Of a DNA stretch of 64,000 nt, positions 10,560 through 22,256 are shown one piece after another. The notes under the pieces are model-generated. The model was not told the DNA's origin. It did no database searches and worked only from the letters and a program-made list of their open reading frames with translations. The stretch's first letter is position 1. Every line of letters begins with the position of its first letter. The position numbers and the translations under genes are program-made. Source of the stretch: Nemertoderma westbladi (taxonomy: Eukaryota > Animalia > Xenacoelomorpha); the NCBI GenBank assembly GCA_032718475.1, contig JAUCBJ010006812.1, positions 17,511 to 81,510 on the forward strand, given 5' to 3'.

Positions 10560-12686
10560 TTATTTACGTTTCTTCCGTCCCAAAGGTTGTTTATTTCCCT
10601 TTCCTTGTTTATTTCCCTTCCCCCTCCCGGGTCTTTGCTTCTTAGCCTTTGTCTCCCGTTTGTCTGCCTTCATCCGTTTATCGACGACTTTGTATCGGCC
10701 CCCCTTGTACCCCTTGGGCTTAGTGATACCCCCTTTGCGGGACACCGCATATGGGACATCAACTTTCTTCTTGGAATTTAAAACTCCCGCCTTTTTATAT
10801 AAACTCCGCAGTTGGGCTGATTTCTCAGCATCGGGGACATCCGAAGAATCGCAAAGGGTTTCCGATTTCTTCCTCAAGGTTTCCAACCTTTTCAACGCCT
10901 TCTGCTTCTTCTTAGCCTTCGCCTCCGCAACTTTCTTTATAGGTCTAACATTAATCTCTTTCATTCTCTCTCTGTACAACTTAACTAACTCTTTAGTAAC
11001 CGGAATGTTTGGCCGGTTGTGTTTCTTCTCATCCTGAGCAAACCAGTCCGGCAAGTTCTCGTCGTTGCTTGTGTAGCGATTGTATCCGCTGTCCATGATG
11101 TCCCGCTTGGCTTTCTTCGAGGTTGCTATCGCGGTAGCCAGAGCTAACTCCTCTGGGGTCAGTGTCTGCTGAGGGACCGCAGGGGAGTCACCAGACTCAG
11201 CCTCATCCGCAAACCTAACTCTCTTATCTGACTTACCAACCGGTTCAACAGATCCAACCGGCTCTCTAATATCTTCAGTTGTTTCCATTTCATCATCTTC
11301 CTCATTCCAGTCCATTTCCTCGTCTACACCAAGCAACGAGAACATGGGTTTATCGAACCATCGCATTGACTCAGAATTGTTTACACTAGATGCACTATTA
11401 TCCTTAACTTTATTACCCTCAACTTCCTTATTTACCCCCCGAATACCTTTTATACTACTTAAAGAAAATAAGGAAATATCCTGTTCGGGATCTATCGACG
11501 ATGATGTCTTGGAATTCATCGCCAATCTCTCTCTCAACTGCTTCCGTTGCTTCAGTAATCTCTTCTTTCTCCGGTTCGTCTCAGAAGATTCTAAAGTTTG
11601 CAGCTCAGCGATTCGTTTCATCGCTTCATCATCCGAGTTATCTCCAACATCATCAGCAGCAGTTTCCTTAACATCCCCACCGCCCTCGGGCTGGTTAACT
11701 GACGCCACGTGTTCGTAATAGGCGACCATCTTCTTCCGCCATGTCAGCAGCGCTTTCAGGTCTTTCCGCCCTAAAACTTTAATATCTTTGCACATCAACT
11801 GTATGGATTCCGTGGTTAACGGGTGTATTAAGTCGTCCTCCTCATTGAACACGAGTTCGTGGCAGTTTGCGAGGAGTTCGATATGGTTGGGGGCTTTTAG
11901 GAACTCCGAAACAGAGAGTTTATCGTGCAGCAAATAGTCGCCCTCCTTGTATCCCAGGGCCTTGGCCTTCTTGGTTCCGGTTGATTGAGCCAATAAGGTT
12001 GCTTTCTTAGTGGTCGCCTCATTCTCCGCCACATCCCGGAAGACGTGCTTGATATCGAAGAATTTTGGGTCTATTTTATCCGGGGCTAAGAATCCCTGAC
12101 AGACGGTGTAGATTTCTGCGGATTGGGAGCGGGAGGCCTGCGGTTTGGTGGAATGAACTTTAGCGAATAACTGCTGAAGGACCCACACTAGGGACTGGTA
12201 ATCTTTACTGCGGAAGATTTTGGTTATAAACCATCCGCCTTTACGGAGAAAGGCACAGGCTAATCGCGTCGCGTGGAGGCACAACTCTGCCTGTGCGTAG
12301 GCGTCTAGCAGCCAATTAGCGCCCACGTTGGGTGCCCCGTCGTGCAGCACGCAGTCCACACTCATCGTCTTCAACTCGGCCTTTAGGGCGTTCCTGCACG
12401 CGACCGTTGTGATGTCCTGCACCAAAGTGGATACATGTGGAATCGGTTTAATGGGGAACAGATCGACGCCGAGGATGAGACTGGAGACAGGCATGGTGCG
12501 AGCGGCGACCTGCAGCCATCCGCCCGGCGCCGCGCACAGATCGATGAGAACTCGAGAATCTCGGAGAAACTCGAACTTTCGGTTTAGTTGGGCGAGTTTG
12601 AACGCTGAACGCGAGCGGTAGCCCGTCTCCTTGGCTAACTTATAGAATTTGTCCCGTCGAGCGGCTCCTTTTGTCTTTTTTCCCAT
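10560..12686 (-). CDS. FTSJ3: Pre-rRNA 2'-O-ribose methyltransferase FTSJ3/Spb1 (708 aa, intronless)
   Basis: MGKK..RRDKFYKLAKETGYRSRSAFKL, DLCAAPGGWLQVA, VLHDGAPNVG, FITKIFRSKDY, SAEIY (K-D-K-E tetrad); Spb1 C-terminal YNRY..LPDWF..DEKKH, RPIKKVAEAKAKKK, YKVVDKRMKAD. Confidence 0.97.
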   Translation of the reverse strand: MGKKTKGAARRDKFYKLAKETGYRSRSAFKLAQLNRKFEFLRDSRVLIDLCAAPGGWLQVAARTMPVSSLILGVDLFPIKPIPHVSTLVQDITTVACRNALKAELKTMSVDCVLHDGAPNVGANWLLDAYAQAELCLHATRLACAFLRKGGWFITKIFRSKDYQSLVWVLQQLFAKVHSTKPQASRSQSAEIYTVCQGFLAPDKIDPKFFDIKHVFRDVAENEATTKKATLLAQSTGTKKAKALGYKEGDYLLHDKLSVSEFLKAPNHIELLANCHELVFNEEDDLIHPLTTESIQLMCKDIKVLGRKDLKALLTWRKKMVAYYEHVASVNQPEGGGDVKETAADDVGDNSDDEAMKRIAELQTLESSETNRRKKRLLKQRKQLRERLAMNSKTSSSIDPEQDISLFSLSSIKGIRGVNKEVEGNKVKDNSASSVNNSESMRWFDKPMFSLLGVDEEMDWNEEDDEMETTEDIREPVGSVEPVGKSDKRVRFADEAESGDSPAVPQQTLTPEELALATAIATSKKAKRDIMDSGYNRYTSNDENLPDWFAQDEKKHNRPNIPVTKELVKLYRERMKEINVRPIKKVAEAKAKKKQKALKRLETLRKKSETLCDSSDVPDAEKSAQLRSLYKKAGVLNSKKKVDVPYAVSRKGGITKPKGYKGGRYKVVDKRMKADKRETKAKKQRPGRGKGNKQGKGNKQPLGRKKRK

Positions 12687-12904
12687 TTTTAAGTTTTATA
12701 AATCTGTAAATCTTTATACAGTTATAGGGCCTATATCAATAAGGCAGTAAGGTAAGCTACGTTACTGCATTACGCTACGGTTGGATACCAGGATACCTCT
12801 ACGATATACAGATATAGGCAGCTGTAGGCCTACCCTATACAGCTATGTCTGTATGTGCTATGCCTAACCTGCTTAGTGCTGACGTTATTTGGGAAAACTT
12901 GTGT

Positions 12905-15027
12905 GGTGTCGTCGCGTTTCGGCAACTGTCGCATTTCGGCAACAGTCGCGTTTCGGCAAAAAAAGTTCGTTTCGGCAAAAAAGATGCGTTTCGGCAAAAA
13001 GGTGCGATTCGGCAAAAAAGTTGCGTTTCGGCAAAAAAAGTTGCGTTTCGGCAACTGTCGCATTTCGGCAACAGTCGCGTTTCGGCAAAAAAAGTTGCGT
13101 TTCGGCAAAAAAGATGCGTTTCGGCAAAAAGGTGCGATTCGGAAAAAAAGTTGCGTTTCGGCAAAAAAGTTGCGTTTCGGCAACAGTCGCGATTCGGCAA
13201 AAAAGTTGCGTTTCGGCAAAAGGTTGCGTTTCGGCAAAATTATTTCTTTATTGCAGGATAATACACTATACTGTCAACAATACAAGTAGAGTGAAGTGAA
13301 ACAAGCAGTACATTATAAATATACAACACAATAGCACTTTCGTTCGTTGTTAGTTGCAATGCTAATAATAATAAAAGTTTTACTTCCCTTGGAATAGTGT
13401 TTTATAGGATAGTCTGTACGTCGTCAACCATGAATTTTGGTGAGGCCCAGAAAGTCGTAAGTAAGAGGCTTTCTGGGCAGGTTCGTACCATTAAAGAGGG
13501 TGATGTAAATAATGTGTAGGCCTACAGATGGGGACTTAAGAAAATACACGGTGGAGTAGAGTACCACGCCTGTGCCCATTGCAGGAAAGTAAAGGAGGCC
13601 GGTGGCGTCAACATGAAGGTTATAGTTTGTACTGTTATATCACATTAATTGCAAATAATAAAAACCCGGTGGGGCCTTTGTGCAGCAAAAGCTGCAAGCC
13701 ATCTTATAGCGAACAATTATAATAACTATGGCCAAGTTAGGTATTGGGTCGAAGGTCCGAATGAGACGAAGGTCCGAATGGGATGAAGGTCAAAAGTGGC
13801 CGTCTGGGTCGCTTTTTTTCGGACCTTCGTCCCATTCGGACCATCGTCCTGTGTATGGGGTCTTCGTCTACGGCCAATAACTGTACTTTATAGACGACAA
13901 GGTTTGTATGGGCCAGTGGCAACAAACATTAGTTGTTTATCATCCCATGACGAAGGTCCGAATAACCAGGACAAAGGTCCGAAATAATGTGGAAATCTTT
14001 CTCACAACGTCCTGTAAATTGTAACGGACATGATTTTTGAGACTCTCATATTGGCAAACGTATTAACAAATTCCTTCTGAGCTGCATGTAATTTAAATTT
14101 AAAACGCTGCTTGGATAAGCCATCATTCAAACAAGAGCAATCATAGTATGACGTTGGTAATAAATTTAATGGAGTAGGTACGGTGGCTGATTGCGGCCAA
14201 TTATTTCAATTTTTTTAATGTTTATCACCCGGGTGAAAAACATTTATCACCCGGGTGATAAACATTAAAAAAATGGAATTAATTGGCCGCAATCAGCCAC
14301 CGTAAGTAGGCCTACGGACAATCATGTATATTATAATATATTACACTTTTTTTCTTTATAAGAACCAGTAGAATTTTGCCGAGCCTCATGTTCTTAAAAT
14401 ATCTCGAACTCGAACGTAAATATTATCTTAGCGTCATGCTTTGTCGGACTTTCGTCCTGTTGTTTCGGACCTTCGTCATATGTGTTTCGGACCTTCGTAA
14501 TAATAATAATAATAAACAGTTAACCATAATAATAATAAACAGTTATCCATGATAAACAGTTAGCCTATCCAGTCTGACGCTAGAGGGCGAAATGTATGTA
14601 AGTGATAACCTTCCCCATTTCCTTGATCTTAATCTGTTTAAACTGAATCTTGGAATATATTTAAGGGGCAACTGGCAACCAAATCGCCCTGGCGATTTGG
14701 TAGTGCGAAATTATTAATTCCATACAACAAATACACAAAATAATATTAGTACTGTACCACCCTACCTTGCATAATTGACATAAAAAAAAGACCACAAGAA
14801 TTTTAATTATTGAATTCAACCCCCATCTAACATCTACAGTAGGAATTTATCTTTATCTTTTGCCGAAACGCAACTTTTTGCCGAAACGCGACTTTTTTGC
14901 CGAATCGCGCCTGTTGCCGAAACGCAACTTTTTTTTGCCGAATCGCGACTTTTTGCCGAAACGCAACTTTTATGCCGAATCGCGACTGTTGCCGAAACGC
15001 GACAGTTGCCGAAACGCGATGTATCCC
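12905..15027. mobile_element. MULE-like foldback element, related to 8346-9594, with a decayed transposase-like N-terminus and nested inserts
   Basis: Left end ggtgtcgtcgcgtttcggc is nearly identical to the 8346 terminus. TIRs are arrays of gcgtttcggcaaaa (12905-13240; inverted 14860-15026). Flanking direct repeat cttgtgt. A frame from ATG 13430 has an internal stop and YRWGLKK..VEYHACAHCRK (FLYWCH-like). Confidence 0.7.
14181..14302. mobile_element. MITE with TA TSD and CGG...CCG termini
   Basis: TA|cggtggctgattgcggccaatta...taattggccgcaatcagccaccg|TA, with internal tttatcacccgggtga repeats. Confidence 0.85.
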
Positions 15028-15759
15028 CTTGTGTACCTTACTCATTATGGCTGTATTGCCTTGTCATTAACAGCAAGGCAATTTTGTGGAACTTCGGAGG
15101 TATTGTCATGCCATAGGCCCTTAGAGGCGATAGCCGAAATAAGGGATCTAATCATTCCTGGCATCCTAGGTTGATAGACATTTTCACAATACTTGTACAT
15201 ATTTCTTATTCAATAAAAAATGAAATAGAAAATTTAAGAATATTTATTTAAGAATTTCCCTTCGAGTATACATACAGTATTGTATATTGGTCCTGTAATC
15301 GCAATTTAATTATAACACTAAAGGGTGAAGTCGATTTTTTGGGAGTCCCAGACATAATCGAATCATGTACTGTATAAAATGTCCCTTAAAAATGAAATCC
15401 ATTTATTTACCATGTTACAGTGGCTTAAATCATTATAAAGTACACGTACCTGTATGCTCCGACACCGACACCGACACCGACACGGGCAACCGACACCTTT
15501 TAATATTAAAAATGTTCTCCCAGTAATTGAACATTCTTATTTTCCTATTCCTATCAGATCATAGGAAAGGAACCGCAGTCTCTCAATAAATAGCGAAGTT
15601 TGGCGTGAGGAAAGGAACCGCAGTCTCTCAATAAGCGAAGTTTGGCGTGGACTCCTTAACTTCAAGAAAATATTTCAGAAATTTAAGATGAACACGTTCA
15701 ATATCTACAGCGGCATGTCACCCCAAATCTCAGAACAGTAAGCCTACATTATTATGTAG

Positions 15760-15791
<32 letters not shown>

Positions 15792-17723
15792 GGGTCGCAA
15801 TTTACACCCCAGCAATTTTCTAGGGGGTGAAATTACAGGCATAAAAATGTGCGAAATTTTTTAGTATTAAACCATTAAATCGTTTCCCTGCTGTATTACT
15901 AAACGCTGAATGCATCTGCCGTTTCTGTTCTGTCTCAGTGTCTGCTCCGACCGCTATCACGCGCCCTCTGTCCCTCAGTTTCATAACTCGCTACGTAGGC
16001 TGTACAGTACATTGTGCTTCATGTGCTCCTTATAATTAACTCTATCCGGTCACTATTATCTTTGTATATATCTACCTGGAACCTGTTCTGATTTTGTTGT
16101 GCTATACTTACCAATATTATTAATATATTTCGTTACCCCGACCAGGGGTGTAAAGAAAAAAAATCATTAGTTTTACCAAAGTATTAATGGTTAAAAATAC
16201 GATTTAAATGTCCAAAATCTCAGCATTGTTTAAAAAGTTTGTGCTGGGGGGGGGGGGGGGGGGGAATTGGCAAACGGGCGAAAATTTGACATCACAAATG
16301 TCATTTAAAATTTCGTCTAACTCACTAGACTGTAATAGATTTGTAAATTTCTGATCAGTTGGATTGTTATTTTTGCAGGCCAGTGAATTCTTGGATTAAG
16401 TTGTTTTGGTACCTAATTAATTCAGATCGATCCATTTATTGGCATTTATTGCGGTAGTACTACCCGTAGGGCTAATTAAATCAATTTGTATAGCAACAGA
16501 CAAATAACCTGATGGGAATAACAATTTATATCACCGATAATAAAATCGTTATACAGTATAAGATCTATTGTACCTAGAACATTATCGATAAGCGATTTAC
16601 CATTTTGGTAACAAAAATACAGCTTGCAAACACATTGTTACTACATTATTATGACATATTTGTTATTTCAAATAGTTCGCATTTCAGTCAACACGCCACG
16701 CCCACGCACATCACACAAACATACTTAATTATTTATTTTATCTCTTCAATTTAATAAAGTCCCTACATCGCTGTGAATATGGTCTACTCCCAAACCTCTA
16801 AATGATTGTCAACACTAGTCAGCTCTTTACCAACTATGCTGGTCTCTGATTGGTTCTTACTTCAGGTTCAATAATATTCTGGGTAAGGCAAGAAAGAGTA
16901 ATGAGCAGTGGGAAAACGAATGTGATTGGCCACTTTCTCCTCTTCTGAATTCACATCAGCTGATATTTTTCTCATTCCTGTGCCTGATGAATGGAGTAGT
17001 GTCTACATCATTGTCCAGAATAGGGTGTTTCCCTTCACTTCTATGGGGCTTTCTATTATTCCTACCTGTCCCAAATACGTTGTGTAATGATTTCCAACCT
17101 GTCCAATATAGGGGCATCCAATCAAATCATCATATGAGCCAACTCCTCGTCATCGGACCAATACCAACATTCCTACAGTTAGGCATCTCCCTTATTGGCT
17201 ATATAATGTAAAGGTTAATGGAAAATTCCACTGATATATAATCCAAGTGTCAGCTACGAATCCGGGGCTCATTATAACAACCTATACTGGACCAAGCAAC
17301 GTATTTGGGACAAGAGCTGGTTGAGGTATATGTACAGTGGAAATTCCCATTCTAAATAAGGGCATTTGGAATACATGTTCCCTAGTTATGGTTAAAGATA
17401 TACTGCGGGTGCCTTGCAAATGGCCTGTAAGACTGTGATGCATTATAGGCTATAGGGTCATCATAGTCACGTTATTTCATTTCATGTTGTGCAATTTATT
17501 CATATTGTGCAATTTTTGATGTTGTGCAACTTATTCATTGTGCAATTTATTCATGTGGTGCAATTTATTCACTTATAATAAATCTAAATACATTCGTATA
17601 ATAATAATTAAATGACAATCAAATTAGTGATATCGCAACCTCCTCCCCCAGACTCAACTCATCCCAAATAGTCATTCATAAGTCTAAAATTTGACTCAAA
17701 TAGGTGTTAGAGTCCCATATATA

Positions 17724-19787
17724 CAGCCGGGGTCTCAAAGTGCATCTGTTCTTTGAGATTTTCTCAAAGTTTTTCTAAAAGTGTCTAAAAGTCATTACAT
17801 TACTCCCAACGGCCGCTTTGAATTCTTGTAGACACTTTTAGTTGGGAATCTCAAAGTGATTTCCTGCTTTTAGGCACTTTGAATTCTTTGAATTCTTTGA
17901 GAAATGTCACTTTTAGGTAGTTTGCGGCACTTTTAATTCTTTGAGAAAATAAACTCCGAGGTAATCCTGATTGACAGCTCGTGGTAGTTAACTGAGAGGC
18001 AGAGGCATTCCCGGGGAACAATATTATGCGGGCAACAAAGTGATCTTGTGTGTTGGCCAGTTGTTGCATAGAAGCTATATTCCCATTAATTTATCAAATT
18101 GAGGTTCCTGAGGTCATTACAGGATGGGTTTTCGGTCGCAAGTACAAATTGAATTTACGGCACCTTAAAGTCTTTCTAAAAAACATTCATTCAAATAATA
18201 TATGAAACATAATTTGTGAAACAAGATTAATGCTTGACAAGATTGATTATTTTAATAACATAATACAATATCAGATTAACAATTAATATAAGAGAAACTT
18301 CTCTGTAGTTTCTCTGTGTATATGCAGTTTCATTATAATGACCTAAAGAAGCCCTGTTGGGAGAAAGCTTGTAATAACATTTGTTATTCATTTCATTAGT
18401 CACCTCAGGTCAACCCGTACTACCTTAACTGTTTAATTAATATGATAACTATGTTGACGAGAGCGCGAGAATTCCTTCTTAAAAACTAAGAAAGGCTTTC
18501 GACTTTCAAGTACGATAGAACAACGGCTACAATCTTGAGTTGTTTTATCTTAATAGATATATTAAAATATCCCCTGCCGCTGGCGTTTATATTTGAGCAT
18601 ATTTTAAATGTTTGCCTCATATTCAATTGATGTGTACCGCCTTCTGGCAAAGCGGCACCCAGTTTAAACTATCAATCACAGCTAGTGAGTAACGACCCAC
18701 GGTCGGCGACCTTCAAACAAACAGGTGCAGAGTCGGAAAGAACTGTCACATGCTTTGCTTGGCTTGTGGTACCATTTGATTACATAATAGATTTTGGCAG
18801 ACTCGGCGGTCGCTCTGACCATATGCATTGCGCACCAACAATGCCTAAAACATCTATGGGAACAGCCAATTAGTGCGCTTGAATCATTTATCTTTATTCC
18901 TGCCTCTATCATTATTCTTTACTTTGTATAACACAATTTACAGTGCGGCAAAGTATGGCTGGTTGACCATTGAAATGCATTGGTAAAGGTATTCGGCGTT
19001 CACGTGGGCTAAACAAATACGTCTAAACAGTACAGTTTTAGCACTATACATTAATATAGATAGGGCAACAGACAAACTGTCTATGACACAAATACCAACA
19101 CATTCCGATAGCCCGCAATTACGGCGTCTCTAAAGAGCCCAAATATAAATTAATAAAATCCTCTATGAAACAATAAAAATTCCTACAAAAAATACTGCTG
19201 TATTAAATATTAGTTACTGCAGTAACATATAACAATTACTGCAGTAACAAATATTTATTACTGCAGTAATAAATATTTATTACTGCAGTAATAAATATTT
19301 ATTATTGCAGTAACAAATATTTATTACTGCAGTAACAAATATTTATTACTGCAATAATCAATATTAATAAATTAATAAATAATTGAATAAAAATTAATAC
19401 TGCAGTAATCAATATTAATAAATAATTGAATAAAAATTTCTACTGCAGTAACAAATTATTTGTTACTGCAGAAAAAGACAATTTTTTATTACTGCAGTAA
19501 GTTTAATTCTTACTTTCAGTAACAAATATTTATTACTGCAGTATTTTTTGGAGGCATCTTTATTGTTTCATAGAGGTTTTTATTACTTATATTTTACCCT
19601 ATAGTCAAAGTCAATATACACCATACCATAGCCAGCTTCAGGCAGGACTGTATGAAATGACTGACAGTACTACTTTGAAATCTTTGAGGACACTTTGTCA
19701 TTTTCTTGGACCACTTTTAGAAATTTGAGACACTTTTAGTTCTTTGAGAAAATCTCAAAGAACAGATGCACTTTGAGACCCCGACTG
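17724..19787. mobile_element. Tc1/mariner-type non-autonomous element inserted in the left arm of the foldback
   Basis: TA|cagccggggtctcaaagtgcatctgttctttgagattttctcaaag ... ctttgagaaaatctcaaagaacagatgcactttgagaccccgactg|TA. The right arm shows the empty site. Confidence 0.9.
19142..19592. mobile_element. AT-rich MITE-like inverted repeat with internal 21-bp ttactgcagtaa repeats, nested in the Tc1-type element
   Basis: aatataaattaataaaatcctctatgaaacaataaa versus tttattgtttcatagaggtttttattacttatatt. Confidence 0.7.
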
Positions 19788-19789
19788 TA

Positions 19790-21960
19790 GGTTGATTTTG
19801 TCCAAAATTGTCCTGTAGCAAAATTATTTAAAATAGTTTATAAATGTAAAGGAATACTGAAAAGAATATCGACTTCATAATCATAGCTTTAATTCCAATT
19901 TGTCCCAAATAGGTTATTTATGTCCTATATATGGTGTTTTATGTCCCATACAGGGAGTTTTTATCCCAAATAGCATGTAACATTCTCAAAATGATTTTAC
20001 ATAGTTTATAAATATAATGGAAATACTCAAAGAAAAATAGAATCCACTATAATAGTATTAATTTAAATTTGTCCCAAATAGGTTGTTTGTGTCCCATATA
20101 GGGTGTTTGAGTCCCATATAGGGTGTTTGTGTTCCAAATTGCGTGTGACTTTCTCAAAATGATTTTATATGGTTTATAAGTATAATGAAATACTCAAAAC
20201 AAAATAGATTTCACTATCATAGCTTTAATTTAAATTTGTCCCAAATATGTTGTTTATGTCCCATATAGGGTGTTTGTGTCCCATAAAGGGTGTTTGTGTC
20301 CCAAATTGCGTGTGACTTTCTCAAAAGGATTTTACATAGTTTATAAATATAATGGAATGCTCAAAAGAAAATATAATTCACTATCATAGCTTTAATTGAA
20401 ATTTGTCCCAAATAGGTTGTTTTTGTCCCATATAGGGTGTTTGTGTCCCATATAGGGTGTTTGTGTCCCAAATTGCGTGTGACTTTCTCAAAATGATTTT
20501 ACATAGTTTATAAATATAATGGAAATACTCAAAGAAAAATAGAATCCACTATAATAGTATTAATTTAAATTTGTCCCAAATAGGTTGTTTGTGTCCCATA
20601 TAGGGTGTTTGTGTCCCGTATAGGGTGTGAAGTGCTTATAATGATTTCAAATAGTTTCGAAATGTAATGGAATACTCAAAAGAAAATAGAATTCGCTATC
20701 ATAGCTTTAATTTAAATTCGTCCCAAATATGTTGTTTATTTCCCATATAGGGTGTTTGTGTCCCAAATTGCGTGTGACTTTCTCAAAATGATTTTACATA
20801 GTTTATAAATAAAATGGACATACTCAAAGGAAAATAGAATCCACTATCATAGTTTTAATTTAAATTTCTCCCAAATAGGTTGTTTGTGTCCCATATAGGG
20901 TGTTTGTGTCCTGTATAGGGTGTGAAGTGCTTATAATGATTTCAAATAGTTTCGAAATGTAATGGAATACTCAAAAGAATATAGAATTCACTATCATAGC
21001 TTTCATTTAAATTTGTCCCAAATAGGATCTTTGTGTCCCATATAGGGTGTTTGTGTCCCATATAGGGTGTTTATGTCCCAAATAGCGTGTGACTTTCTCA
21101 AAATGATTTTAAATAGTTTCTAAATCTCATTGAATACTCAAAAGAATATAGAATTCACTACCATAGCTTTAATTTAAATTTGTCAAAAATAGGTTGTTTT
21201 TGTCCCATATAGGGTGTTTGAGTCCCGTATAGGGTGAGAATTGCTTATAATGATTTCAAATATTTTCTAAATGATAATGGAATACTCAAAAGAATGAATG
21301 ACATATAGAATTCACTATCATACATAGCTTTAATTTAAATTTGTCCCAAATAGGTTGTTTATGTCCCAATTAGGGTGTTTGTGTCCCATATAGGGTGTTT
21401 GTGTCCCAAATAGCGTGTGACTTTCTCAAAAGGATTTTACATAGTTTATAAATATAATGGAATGCTCAAAAGAAAATATAATTCACTATCATAGCTTTAA
21501 TTGAAATTTGTCCCAAATAGGTTGTTTTTGTCCCATATAGGGTGTTTGTGTCCCATATAGGGTGTTTGTGTCCCGTATAGGGTGTGAAGTGCTTATAATG
21601 ATTTCAAATAGTTTCGAAATTTAATGGAATACTCAAAAGAAAATAGAATTCGCTATCATAGCTTTAATTTAAATTTGTCCCAAATATGTTGTTTATGTCC
21701 CATATAGGGTGTTTGTGTCGCATATAGGGTGTTTGTGTCCCAAATTGCGTGTGACTTTCTCAAAATGATTTTACATAGTTTATAAATAAAATGGACATAC
21801 TCAAAGGAAAATAGAATCCACTATCATAGTTTTTATTTAAATTTGTCCCAAATAGGTTGTTTGTGTCCCATATAGGGTGTTTGTGTCCTGTATAGGGTGT
21901 GAAGTGCTTATAATGATTTCAAATAGTTTCGAAATGTAATGGAATACTCAAAAGAATATT
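19790..21960 (+). repeat. Satellite array in the left foldback arm (147-169-bp units with 20-bp subrepeats)
   Basis: The unit marker tgtcccaaata (or a close variant) recurs at 19901, 20070, 20237, 20404, 20572, 20719, 20867, 21014 and 21181. Subunit gtgtttgtgtcccatatagg. Confidence 0.9.
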
Positions 21961-22256
21961 CCAGGTACTAAATAGTACTACGTTAGAATGAATACTGTAA
22001 ATGAACTGAAATGAATGCAATTTTCGCCCACAAATAATTATCCCTGGGCCCTATGATCCCTACGAAGTTCTTAGACTGACCAATATGTATACTAACAATC
22101 CGAAATTTTGGTTTTCTTAAAAAGTCTCAAAGCAAAATGCTACTAAATATAAAATAAGGAAAAACTCAAAAAAATTAACACGGGAAGGAAGCAGCGGTAC
22201 ATTCAGTTGGAATAGATTGGAATTGGTAGAAGAAAGGAAAAAATATTATTTTTATT

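Noticed and set aside
12830-13299. Overlapping ORFs (LPKRNFF...) here and at 14827-15174 and 54098-55179
   Set aside because: Translations of TIR subrepeats or a minisatellite.
15562-15648. Two-copy ~45-bp direct repeat within a possible AG...GTAAG-bounded exon (15558-15737)
   Set aside because: No convincing reading frame, homology or partner exons; likely a local duplication.
16984-16990. CTGATGA as another hammerhead core
   Set aside because: No stem II or GAAA follows; it overlaps the TSD of the foldback element.
16987-17211. Duplicated small ORF (also 25637-25837)
   Set aside because: The two copies are simply the inverted arms of the foldback; no recognisable domain.
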